From contig JBHGNT010000011.1 of NCBI GenBank assembly GCA_043228905.1, positions 744,001 to 808,000 of the forward strand: 64,000 nt of DNA, written 5' to 3'. Position 1 is the first letter of the stretch. Every line of letters begins with the position of its first letter. The position numbers and the translations under genes are program-made. This stretch comes from Azolla caroliniana (lineage: Eukaryota > Plantae > Polypodiophyta). The notes beneath the pieces are model-generated. The model made no database searches, was not told where the DNA came from, and saw nothing but the letters and a program-made list of their open reading frames with translations. This document shows positions 33,013 to 45,010 of this stretch, one piece after another.

Positions 33013-33647
33013 ACGTATGGATATTTCAACTTGTACGCATAGAAATACCCGTCTGTTGCTTAGTGTTTTTTGTAATAACTAGCCAAATTTTGATATAGTA
33101 TGCTTACATTTATATAAGAAAATTATACAATGTGCCTAGCTTGTAGTTGCCCATATCAACTTCATCGAAGCTAAGGCCCCTAATCGACAAAGTAATCAAT
33201 TAATACTTTGATTAGATTTTAGGGAGACATAGCTGAAATGCAATTGAGCTTTTCAGATGCTTCCCCAAATAACCCAAAGTTTTGGTTATTTCTCCAAATG
33301 TCCCCTGGTCTACCAAAACAAAGGTATGAATTGATCAGGTCATTGCACAAATAGTATTTGATGGGATGAAGAAGGGCATTTCAGAAATAGCAAAATTTTG
33401 GGGCATTTTGGGGAATACAAAGAAAACACAAATGTAACGTTTTAGAGCTATTTCCTTTAAAGCGATGGAACATTAAAGGAAAGTCCATCGCCAAGACTCA
33501 ACTAAGCTACATTTGAGAGATCAGCTTTTCACTCATTCATCAAGTTACCTTTCCACTATATAAAATATTGGATTGGTTACAAGGAATTTCTCAAAAATAG
33601 CACAAATTGGTTAGAATTTAGCGTACAAGCTAAAATATCAATACTAG
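33013..33647. mobile_element. Degenerate long inverted-repeat (foldback/MITE-like) element
   Basis: Symmetric blocks: 33013-33050 vs ~33610-33647, ~33070-33100 vs ~33552-33582, and 33261-33305 vs ~33375-33416 are reverse-complement homologous. No TSD resolved. Confidence 0.55.
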
Positions 33648-34949
33648 ATTTTGTTCCAATATTTCAAGCCAAATAGTAAAATGGTCATGGGCACAAACAG
33701 ATGAGACACACAAATCACAAGGAAATGTTGCACAAAGTGGTCAAGAATAGGCCATTTTACTCGGGTCATTAGTGGCAAGAAAAGCAAATGGAACAAGAAG
33801 AGTGCACAAAGACATCAAGCTAGTTCACAAACATTATGTATTACGATTACTGATGAATAGATATACACATTCATAGATACAATAACACATTGTTGATAGC
33901 TCAAGGATATTGAAGCACAAACTCACAATTATGGAATCCTAAAATATAGAGTGGAATTTCATAGTTCCATTGTATAAGTCCACAATAAATTGTTCAAGTT
34001 GATAAGATGGCTGATTTAGTTCCTCTCGACAACAGTTTTTCATTGTAGAATGTGTCGAATCTGAACAAACCCGGATTAATCATGAAGAAAATTTGATAAA
34101 CCAAGTTATGTCCCAGGTTGGCTTCAATGAGCATTTAAAAAAACCATTGGACTCGCACATGCCAACAATAATAACATTCGTAAATCAAATAAAAAAAACA
34201 GCAAGGAGTGGACACTCATTAAAACAGATGTTAACTGCTATATATAAACCATGCATGTTAAAACCCTGACTTAACAGATTTAGTGTACAGATCATCATAA
34301 TAACGAAAAAAACCATCCGGTTTATAAATAAATCTGTTTAGAATCTCCATATTAAGGGCCTGTTCTAAACCTTGGCTCAGTTCAGTACATGACTAAATGT
34401 CCTTGAAAACCAAAACGACATTCAAACCCATCGTCTTTGTTCCCTTCTCTAGAGACTCAAAGGTCCATGCTCAATTTTATGACTAAAAACCAAAACAATA
34501 CACTAGCTAGAGTTAAAATCTGGACTTCAACCATGCGATCGCTCCATCAATAGAGATTCAATCCTCACTTTCCATCCTCCTAAGTAAGCGAACCACAGTT
34601 ATCTGCAAAATATATATAAATAGTTATCCAAGTTGGAAAATGTACCAAAAGTTCTTTGAGACACCTGAGACCCACCCAAAGGCTTGTCGCCTCGTAAAAT
34701 GTACAAGATTTAAACAGAAAAAGAAAGTAAAGTATGTTGTGTTCATTATTTGAAACATTTCCAGACCATAGTATGCAGATAAAGCATCTGTTTGTATGCA
34801 TGACACATACTGATGAAAGCGATGAAACCTCAGACATACTCGTACAATTCTTGAAAGTTGAGATAAGAGATTCAAATAGCACAACCAGAGGATGACCACT
34901 CTCACCCGCTCAAGATATCTATTTTATACAACCAGACTCTGTTTTAGCT

Positions 34950-36970
34950 TCATAAAGAAAGAGAATCAAGCAATAAGAAGATGCTATGAAGAAATTCGAA
35001 AACATGATGAATTAAAGACTGAATGAACGGTCTAATCGTTGACCTCTTTAACCGTCTATGACATGTATATACCTTTATAATGTGAAATATAATCCTTGTT
35101 AATAACACTGTCTTCCTGCTTTCCATCAAAACAAATATCATCCCCATCCATAGCACCATCTTCCAACGCAATATCATCAAAAGCACCATCTTCCAGAGCA
35201 TCATCACAATCATCAAAATCAACTGATAAACACATCCATCAGTTTAGTTACCTTCATCATGCCACTCGTGATATCATCCATCTCCAAAGAAGTATCATCA
35301 CGAGGTACTGAACCCTAAGCATGTAAAACCACTCGTCACTCTCTAAATTCCACCAAGGAAAACATTTATCCACTTTTCTGCAAGGCAAAGCCATAATCTA
35401 GACCTTACCTCTACAATCTTTTCTATAACATTCGTCACGTTTTCCTGCATCTATAAAGGTACATCAATCTCGGGCTCATCATCCAACTTCTTAACAGAAT
35501 TCTACATATCTTTAACCAAATTGAAGCCAGCATCATCTCTACCAACAAGCTGAGCATCAGCATCAGCATCACATTCCAACAACAGTTTGAGTTGGATGTG
35601 ATAATAAGTGTACAAGTGCTCTAATTATATACACGTAACATCAAGAGACCATCATCAAATCATATTGCTGCAACTGAATCATTATTCAGAAATCATAGAT
35701 GAAAATCCAGTCATCTCATCACAATAATCCTTGCAACCATCGTCCAATCATCTTGTCTCCAGTATCACACTCAACAAGCATTCCAGGTTTACTCACCACA
35801 AGCAAACCATTTTTAACACACAGCTTCGTCATCATTACCCTTATCCATTACAGAGACAGATCTCCTATCTCATCAGTAAGTGACAGTTACTACATTAGAA
35901 ATCATCAGAAAGTATAGCTCCACTATCACAATCATAATCCTAAAATTATAAGAGGGCACAACATCACCTTACACTATAATCCTTCATATTGGAATCATCA
36001 AAACATACTGCCTTTATATCCCATTCAGCAAGCATATCCCAGTACCTCCATATACAACCCCTCGTTATCATCCATTTACTAGTCACCTAATTACGGACAT
36101 TTATATCAAGAATTTTTACATTAATGATTATACAGCATGTGAAACGCTGCAGTAATTTTACACCTCATGTTGTAGAGCTAGCTCATGCTCAAAAAAGTGC
36201 TATTTGGAGAGTTCAATGTGTGGGAGAGATTTGGGAGATCAATGGAATATTTTTTAAGGGAATAATATTTCATGAAGAGAATGATGGCTCTATCATGTTT
36301 TTCCTTCAGAATCATAAAAAATAGGACTTCTATGATCAGAACAGAGTCAAGGGGTTTCTATGATCATCAAGAGATATAACTAGACTTAACAGTCACACTC
36401 CATAACTTTATTTAAATCATTACTGCTATCCATAATCCACGTGATCACGGGCCTCAACCTAGAGCGCCAATCTCCCATTTTTGTCCAAGGTCAATCCACC
36501 CCCATTGAAGTCTTCAGAAGCTCTCTCACACAAGGTTCCAACACCTCACAAAACACTCAAACCAATAAGGAATTCATATAAAATCATTCATAAACTTCAT
36601 GATTAACCATGCCTTGACTTTCAGTCATTGTCATCTTCATTTTCTACTTCTTTAGGATAAGCTATACTCAACATTGCTTTGACCGTTCCCCATTATGTAT
36701 CTTCTTACCTTCCCTCACAACCACAGAGAAAATCCTTCTATCCACACTATGATTTTCACAAAGCACATTCACTAATCTCATTTCCATCACTCTTCCTCTG
36801 AATTCATAAAAGTGTTGCCATTGTCTCCGTACTTGCTGATCACACAGATCATATAACTCCCTTCTCCAAGGCACCCAATAAACTCTCAATATCTCCCCAG
36901 TCCCCACACAACATTATCTTCAGGTATTGGCCCTAAATGCAGATCAACTACTGCAATGATTTACCACTTT
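34950..36970 (-). mobile_element. Possible decayed retroelement-like insertion
   Basis: Strand-biased, acidic-codon-rich, stop-riddled sequence on the minus strand. No recognisable domain or termini; assignment is weak inference. Confidence 0.25.
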
Positions 36971-37769
36971 ATTTGTATCTTAAAGGGATCTTAGCTTTCT
37001 CTTTTACAGTCCTTTTTACTTCACTATCCTGACCCCACACTTCATCATTTACGCAATCTCTTTCTGATTTGCAATGAACACAGCTAATTACTGCCCTGCT
37101 GCCAATAAAGAATACTAAATTCGTCTATCTCCATGGAAAATATATATACCTGTCTCAGTCCAATGTCCTGTTTGGCTTCTTTGAGAATTGAAATGCATCA
37201 GGCTGAAACGAGGTGTTTCAAGATTGAGAAGTGACATCATACTAAACGGTAAATCTCTTCATATATGTCACACCGTAGTCAGGTGGGGACCAAGCTCCAC
37301 CCGCCAATAGAAGGCATGAAAATATTCGATACATGAGGAAATTACAATGAAGAATATGAGAAATAAAAAGAGCAAAACATGACACGATCTAAATTCGAGA
37401 AAAGAGCTAAAATTGTATTCTACTTTCATAATCCAGGAACGATAGTAGCAACACATGCTGATGTGACCAAAAGATGTCTCCATTGAAGATAGTCATAAAG
37501 GATGATTGGGGAATCAAGTACGATCAATTGCGTCTTTTTGATGTTTTATATAGTTAAATTTAAACATGATGATAAATCGATGTCTTCCTTTTCCGTACTC
37601 TTATCATCTCACTCTCTGTCTCCAGAAACTAGTCTTCCTAGGTTTCAAATATGAATGCTATGAGATACTGAATAGAACCAACACATAAAGTTGTATCCTA
37701 ATCAAACATAAACAAAATTTATATTCCTTACCCCTGTATCTTCTCCAATGCACTTTTATCTAGATATGA

Positions 37770-38986
37770 TTAGTCCTCTCTTCGAGATTGGCATCGGAAG
37801 CACTCCATCCTGCTTGCAAAATTATGTTCGTTGCATCCAGGCCTATAATATCAAAAATGCAAAGAGACATCAGCCAAATTTAGATAAAATAACACTAATC
37901 AAATTACCATACCATCTGGGTAAAAAATCAGTTAAAATTTATCCCTGATATCAATTAAAAATCAATTTTTGAAGAGAGTTTAAATTAATTGGTTGAAAAT
38001 TCCATCCTCAAAACAATTGAACGGTCAAAATCAATCATTGAAATCAGTTTAGTTATCCTTGAATTCTATAAAACCCAATACTTGAAATCAATTATAGTGG
38101 AAATAATCAGTTACAACTTGATCCTCAAAATCAGCTATAGATCAATACTTTAAATCCATTAAAAATTAATATACAACATCCATGATAAACCAGTCAGTGA
38201 AATCAGTTAGAAACCACTCATTTTGAAATCCATTAAAATCCCCATTCTTAAAATCAATTAAAAAACTCAAATCGTCTGAAATCAGTTGAGAATCAATCAA
38301 TCCACATACCTTGTACACATCCAATCACCCGACTTCCATCCAGCACGGCCGCCAGCAGCCCCGACATTACTCGAGTCATAATACGAACCACCTCTAGATG
38401 ATCCCCTCTCATAGCTGCCACCACTCCATCCAGATTCATAACCTCCACCTCCTCTCCCATCCATCGTTTCTTCATTATCATCCTTAGGAGCACCACACTT
38501 GAAGCAATTCGTCCTACTCGCAAAATTATGTGCCCCACAGCTTTTTTCTACACAATTCCAATCACCAGGTCTCATATCAGAGCCACCTCCATAACCCCCT
38601 CTACCGCTATCTCTGTTATTATATTCATTACTCCTATAATCACCCCTATCTCCATAGCCTCTAGTACTAGTATACTCACTACCCCTATAGTCACCCCTTC
38701 CAACTGGATTTCTGTCGTAGAAACCACCTCCTGAGCCACTATATCCACTTCTTTCTAATCCTCCACCCCCTCCTCTTCCACTACTATAACTAGATCCGAA
38801 ACCATATGTGCGGCTGCTTCTCCGACCATAGTCTCCTCCTTCATCACTTCTTCTCTCTTCGCTCCTTCCGCTATAGCCACCATCATTACCTTGCTTCGGA
38901 TCACTGCATCGTTGGCATGACTCCCTCCAGCTGAAATTTAGATGTTGGCATGAAGGACAGGTCCAGTCCCCCGGTTTCCTGCTCAT
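37770..38986 (-). CDS. RanBP2-type zinc-finger RNA-binding protein (3 ZnF with G/S/R/Y-rich linkers), 2 coding exons
   Basis: ATG at 38986 (MSRKPGDWTCPSCQHLNFSWRESCQRC). Exon 1 38986-38310, exon 2 37842-37770 completes the third finger (DWMCTR|PGCNEHNFASRMECFRCQSRRED*). Predicted 5'-UTR intron 39183-38995 (CAG|GTAAGC...CATAG|), so the longer ORF start at 39136 is probably intronic. Confidence 0.92.
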
Positions 38987-39267
38987 CGTTGAACCTATGC
39001 GATTGAAGGGAAGTCCTGTGCACACAGAAGAATGAGGAAAGGTCCAAAAGGCGGGCATACCAGATCGACCCTGAGGGTGAATGTTTGAAACAACGCCCAA
39101 TCTAAACCCTAAAAGACCAGAACAGCATCGATCCAAACCCTCAACCCTAACGAAAGAAATAAAGAGAAGCCCAAAACGCTTACCTGCGGGAAGGCAGTCT
39201 CTGTTCTTCGAGTCTCTGAGTTTTCGAAAGAAACCCTAGTTGTCTCCTTGAAGGAGTCTGTTACTCT

Positions 39268-39435
39268 ACATACCTACATTACATACATACATGCATGCAT
39301 ACATAACATACATACATACATACATACATACATACATACATGCATGCATACATAACATACATACATGCATACATAACATACATACATGCATGCATACATA
39401 ACATACATACATAACACACATACATACATGCATAC
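39268..39435. repeat. (CATA)n/(CATG) compound microsatellite upstream of the ZnF gene
   Basis: Read directly from sequence. Confidence 0.92.
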
Positions 39436-39439
39436 TTGG

Positions 39440-39600
39440 AAGGCCGTTGTCTTGGGTCCCTGATATTTTGGGTGGAGCTCCAAGGGCCCAGCTATTTGGG
39501 CACCTGCCCGAAGGCCCGATTTTTTGGGTGCGTGCCTAAAAGCCCGCATCTCTGGGCGGGTGTGTCATGTTCGTCTTCTTTGGCCCCTATGCCGAATTGT
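39440..39600 (-). promoter_or_regulatory. GC-rich putative promoter of the ZnF gene with site II-like motifs
   Basis: GGGCCCA at 39484-39490 and further GCCC motifs; telo-box-like AAACCCTA at 39104 and 39231 near the 5' end. Confidence 0.4.
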
Positions 39601-40324
39601 GCTCCCGATAATCGATAATATATCATTGTTGCTCTTGTTTCCATTGTTTGCTTCTTTCTACCTGGCTGCTAGATTTGCAAAGACTGGGTCTTTATCTATC
39701 CATGTTAATAGTGTCCAAAGGGAAGAATAGATGAATCTACAATGGGTAACGATGACCACATACCATGTCGTAAGGACACATGTGTGGCAAGTGCTTTCGA
39801 TAAAATCGCACATCCATGCGAAGATAAACATAGGTGCACTGTAAAAGAAAAAATTGTGGTGCACACCAAATGAGGAAATCAATTTTATCCGATAAAAGAG
39901 CTCACAAGGGATATAATTTGAGAGAAAAGGTCATTGCTTCTTTTAGATGAGGTATAAGCATTGTGTTCAAAAACTCCACCTGGGTAGTAAATTACGAAGG
40001 TGATAAAGACCAAGGTGTTGAAGTTGTCGCTCAAGGATTCGCCATACTAAATCAAGAATTTTGTGTAAGATTTCTTATTACTTGAACCTACTTGTATATA
40101 TGGGATTTATAACTTCTTTCATTAAACAATTATCCACGTTGGTAAATTTATGTGTATTTAAGTTTACATCATGTCATTCCCACCTGAAGTCCTCGTTGTG
40201 GGTGCATTCTTAAAAAGGAAAAAATACACCATAAGAGGTCTTGTGTAGAGGAGGGAAGGAGTGGAAAATAAGTCAAACATATATTAATAGGCTCATGGTA
40301 AGACGGAACATTCAGCGGGGTACA

Positions 40325-40567
40325 ACATTGTCGTGATATTTTCGACACCATGAATAGAGAATATGATAATATTATGATTATGTAAGACAATGATACAAAG
40401 AATATGTATTTATGGGTGCAATATTCGACCCTTGCACCATGTTATCGTGATGTTTTCGATGCATAATGTGAAGCCACCCGGAATAGAGAATATGATAATA
40501 TTATGATTATGTAAGACAAATTATAAAAAAAATGTAATTATGGATGCATTATTCAACCCTTGTACCT
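40325..40567. repeat. Imperfect duplication with a 39-bp identical core, period 129
   Basis: GAATAGAGAATATGATAATATTATGATTATGTAAGACAA at 40352 and 40481, with similar flanks. Confidence 0.85.
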
Positions 40568-42604
40568 CTCGTACATAAAGCATTGTATCTACTCATAAGA
40601 TAACTACTGTGAATACACCATAAAAAATCATTAAAAGAAAACCACATGCACAAAAACGATTCTTTCAAAGTTGGAAGCCCATGGTTTTTTGCATGCCAAA
40701 AGGCCAATACTTTTTATAAAGTAATCACAACTAATGTCAAAGTAACCATGGTTCGCATGGTTCCATGGTATTATATAATACCCTTGTAGGGCCCTATATA
40801 CACGATCTTCATTGTCTTCTAATAAACAATTATCTATCACTCGAGTGAAACAAGTCCTCTTTGAGTGCTTGAAGCCTTCTTTCAGTTTTCCCAACCATAT
40901 TTTGGTTCCAACCCTGGTGGTTCCACCCACATAGGCATACATCTAGTGGCTTTAGCCATGACAACGTTGTTGGCGAATACACAAGTCACGAGCATTTGGA
41001 CCCATGTACACCATATGCTCGTAAGGGAGATGGAAACATTTTATTAGGATGATCAAAACAATGAACAAAAAAAGAGAGAAACAAAGAATACAAAAGTTCT
41101 CAAGCTAGTTGCACTTGGGTTGAGAAAACACACTCAATTGGTTGTTAAAGGATTAAGAACAACATGAAACACAAGAAAATGTTAATCGTGCTATGGTACT
41201 ACCTATAAAAATCTAAATTAATGTCAAGCAATAGCGCTAGACCACATGACCATTGACCACCCCTAACAAAGGTGAGACACAAATTTGAGTGATCTATTGA
41301 TGTCCAATACCGTTCAGTTCAAACAATGATTGTACATTGGATAAGGATTATACACACATTTATGACGCTAGAGTTTTGCCACACTATTAAAGTCATTATC
41401 AAAATTATAAAGATAATTTGATAATCCCCTTAGCCTTCTTATATAGGCTCAAACCCTAGACCTTGTTTATTTCACACTTGATTGCTTTATTATAAGTGGT
41501 CAAGTGATGAAGCCCTCTAAATTATCTCTCATCGTAGGATCGAGAATAACTCTGTCCTTACCCTTTGTTCTCATGAGTTAACTAGCCTAGAGAACCATGA
41601 TTATGGTTAAGCTCATAACAACGTTCATATATAAAATGATCATAATGTTCCAAACCCTATCTACTATAATAAAGACTTTTTATGGTCTAACAAGTGGCCA
41701 TGTAGAGCTTCTCTTTCCCAAAACGAACCTTTATCTTTATTTATCACTCATATTTGCATAATTTTATATAATTATCTAAGCTCTTGTGGTAAATGCATGA
41801 TGTCCCTGAACACTTAGTATTCCCTTTGAACCGAGCACTTATCGATTTTATAAGGTAACCATCTATCTCAAGTATGTGTTTCATCTTATGCTTCTAAGTT
41901 TCAACAATAAATAAAACATAAAAACCTTGAGCTGCATCATTTTGTCCTAATCCCTTTTTCAATGGGTAATCATCTACAATTCGAATACATGATTTTCAAA
42001 CTTAAGGTATTTGCAGTCCCACAAGTCATTGCGTGTTGAATTCCATTCCTATAGGCATATGCTTGCCTATTATGTTATTGAGTTTGTTTCTTTATTACAA
42101 AGAAACTTGTACCCTCTAAACACGCTTTGATGCTATCTAAAATGATAACCCTTTTATGTTCATTTACGATCATGCAAAGAGTAGCTTGACAATATGTTCC
42201 CTCTAACATTTTGTTACAAACCATGTATGTATAGGCAACATCTCGCATACCAAAGTGATCTTCAAAGAATTTTGAAATATTCTCTCATAGAGAAAGTACA
42301 TTATTTCATTCATCCTTTTGCATGTATATATTTAACAACATTATTCCTTCTTTTCTCCATTTTATGAATCTATTTTGCGTCTAATACATTTGTAGTGTGC
42401 ATCATGGTTCACAGAGAGAGGGATGGAGAGAGATAAAACCAAAGTTTGATTCTTAGCATGGGCTAGGCCTTTGTCACATAGATTGTAATCTCTGTTGTGG
42501 AGAGAGAGACTATAGCTCTAGCTCTAAAAGCGAAAAAGGTTTTATACTTCTTTTTTCATTTAGCATATGCATGTCCCATTTTGGTCTCGTGGTTTTTGTT
42601 TCCT

Positions 42605-42610
<6 letters not shown>

Positions 42611-42645
<35 letters not shown>
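42611..42645. repeat. (CT)n microsatellite
   Basis: Read directly from sequence. Confidence 0.9.
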
Positions 42646-42647
<2 letters not shown>

Positions 42648-44239
42648 CCTTTTGTCCACCTTTCATTTCGTAACACTTTGCTTCGATGCCAATGCCAATG
42701 CCCATGTCAACCATTGCATGATAGGACCTACAAATATAATGCTTGAAATCCACAGAAAATATTATACGAGCTATTAGAATTGAGTTAAGAAACTATATTA
42801 AAGACATTATATGTATGATGTTGTGAATGGGTGCAATAGTACGAGGTCAAATGGCAAAATTTTGTCCATTAGTACGTCGCTTGGCAAATGTATATGTCTT
42901 GAAATTAGAAATTAGCAAAAGTTAACATTGCATTGCAAAACTAAACTACATTTTGCATTTGTGTGACAACTATATCTTTGTACTTATAAGCTTAAGACCC
43001 ATTGGTTGTCACAATGCCAAGCATGTTAGAATATGTAAAATTATTAATTTAAGTGGTAGAATATTTTTTATTAATCATGTTTGTACAATCTTTTTACGAG
43101 TATGTGTTGAAATGGAACAAGTATTGTTGAGAGTTGATAAGCTTAGAGCTTTGTTACGAACATTGCGAATTTCCAATGTAACATGGGCAATGACCCTTAG
43201 AGTCAATGATTTTGTTTTTGGATAGATACATATATCGGTTTATAATTATAGAAACTACACTTTGCTATCCCGAAGTTTGGACATGATTATATGGGCTAAT
43301 TCTATTGTTTGATCATAGTAGCCCACACAAATTGTATATGATTGCAATTGAAAGTTTCGAGCTATAATTTATGGGGGTTCCTCAATGAATTTTACTACAT
43401 TCTATAATTTACTACAACAAATCATATTGAGATAGTATGGATAAATTGAATGTGTTAATCAAATATTGGTACACTAAAGCCAAGCAAATAAATTAGCGAC
43501 TAATTACCCCTCATAGAGTTCGTGTACAATGGTGCTAAAACTCAAGTTCATGAGTTTTTATGTTGTCACGTCAATAGATGGTTTCTAACCTTCACAACCA
43601 ACCATAACAAGCTTAGATACCAATCATTCCTAGTCTTAGGATTTTCCTTTGAGATCATGAATGCATAGCGACCATGCGAGGAACTTACGAATGATTCTAA
43701 GACATGGGAGGAATGTGTGTATGTATATTGGAGGATTGAGAGGAAGAAAAATGCCATGTTTTTTGTCATCTCAATCAGAGACTTGTTGCATGGAACAAAC
43801 ATAATTACACGAGCCATAAGTTTTAAAAAAACAATCCATATGCATAAACGGTGACCCATTGCAATGACAATAGTAAAACAAAAAACACAATGTTGGCATA
43901 GTGGATAGATGTCTCAAGCAAGCGACTCTCTAGTCTAAAAACAAGTATGCATGTCCAGAGAATCACAAGGGTCTTGGATGTGCAATGTGTTTCAATTCAA
44001 GTACAAGTGGAGCGAGTTAAAAGATCTCTCTTCACGGCAATGCCATCCGATTCACTTCTTAGGGGAAATGACCGCCACTTTCCTTGTTTGCGTTCCTTCA
44101 AATCGCGAATCGGATTGCCCAGTTCCTTCCACATTAGGAGTTTTGCTAGCACTCAATTAAGGCCAGAGATACTCTAAACAGGAAGAGTGACTCGAATCAG
44201 GGACAATCCATCGATTATGGCTTATGGAGTATATACTGT

Positions 44240-44359
44240 AATGCCACGGTCCGATCGGGTTTAGGTGTGAGTTGATACAAAACGTTATGCGCATGCGGGG
44301 CGGGCCGATGCGCCATCGGATCGGGTCGGATCGAGAGGAGGATGGCAAATATTACATAC

Positions 44360-44393
<34 letters not shown>

Positions 44394-44576
44394 GTCTAGA
44401 AAGAGAGAGAGAGAGAGAGAGTACATATGCATATTCTCTCTCTATCTCTCTATCTCTCTATCTCTCTCTCACATGCTAAATTAATGCTTCCATTTTCGTT
44501 TCCTCTTGTTTGCCTTCTTGGGCTCTCTCTCTCTGTTTTCTCTGCTTTCTCTTTGCTGCTCATAAGACCTCTCTTT

Positions 44577-44611
<35 letters not shown>

Positions 44612-44710
44612 CCTCTCATCTTGTCAGAAATAAGAGGAAACCCTAAAACCCCTCCACCCGCAACAAGTGGCGGAAGGCGTAGAGCTTCCACCTTCCAAAC
44701 CCTAATTCCC
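44240..44710 (+). promoter_or_regulatory. Putative eIF4G promoter/5' leader: GC-rich block, (GATA)n, (GA)n, (CT)n tracts and two telo-boxes
   Basis: AAACCCTAA at 44638 and 44697; CT-rich tracts; telo-boxes are typical of translation-machinery genes in plants. Confidence 0.55.
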
Positions 44711-45010
44711 TGTACAAACACAGAACCCTAAAATTTACCCCCCCCCTACCCCTCCCCTTTCCTTGACACTACTAGCCTTCCTTCTGACTGATTCGAACCC
44801 CACCCCACCCCACCCCGCTTCCCCTGCTTTCCTTTCCCTTCGTCTTTTCAAACCTTCACTTTTTTGAGGTTTGAATTTGGATGAAACCAAGAAAAACTCG
44901 TGAACAGATTGGAAGTTCTCTGTGGTGAGCCGATCTATAAAGCCAAGTGAAGGGGAAGGACTGCAAAAAAAATAGAAACAGATAAGAAGGGAGGAAATTC
45001 TATTGTACAT

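Noticed and set aside
38987-39136. N-terminal extension of the ZnF ORF
   Set aside because: Lies mostly in a predicted 5'-UTR intron (39183-38995); family members begin at MSRKPGDW.
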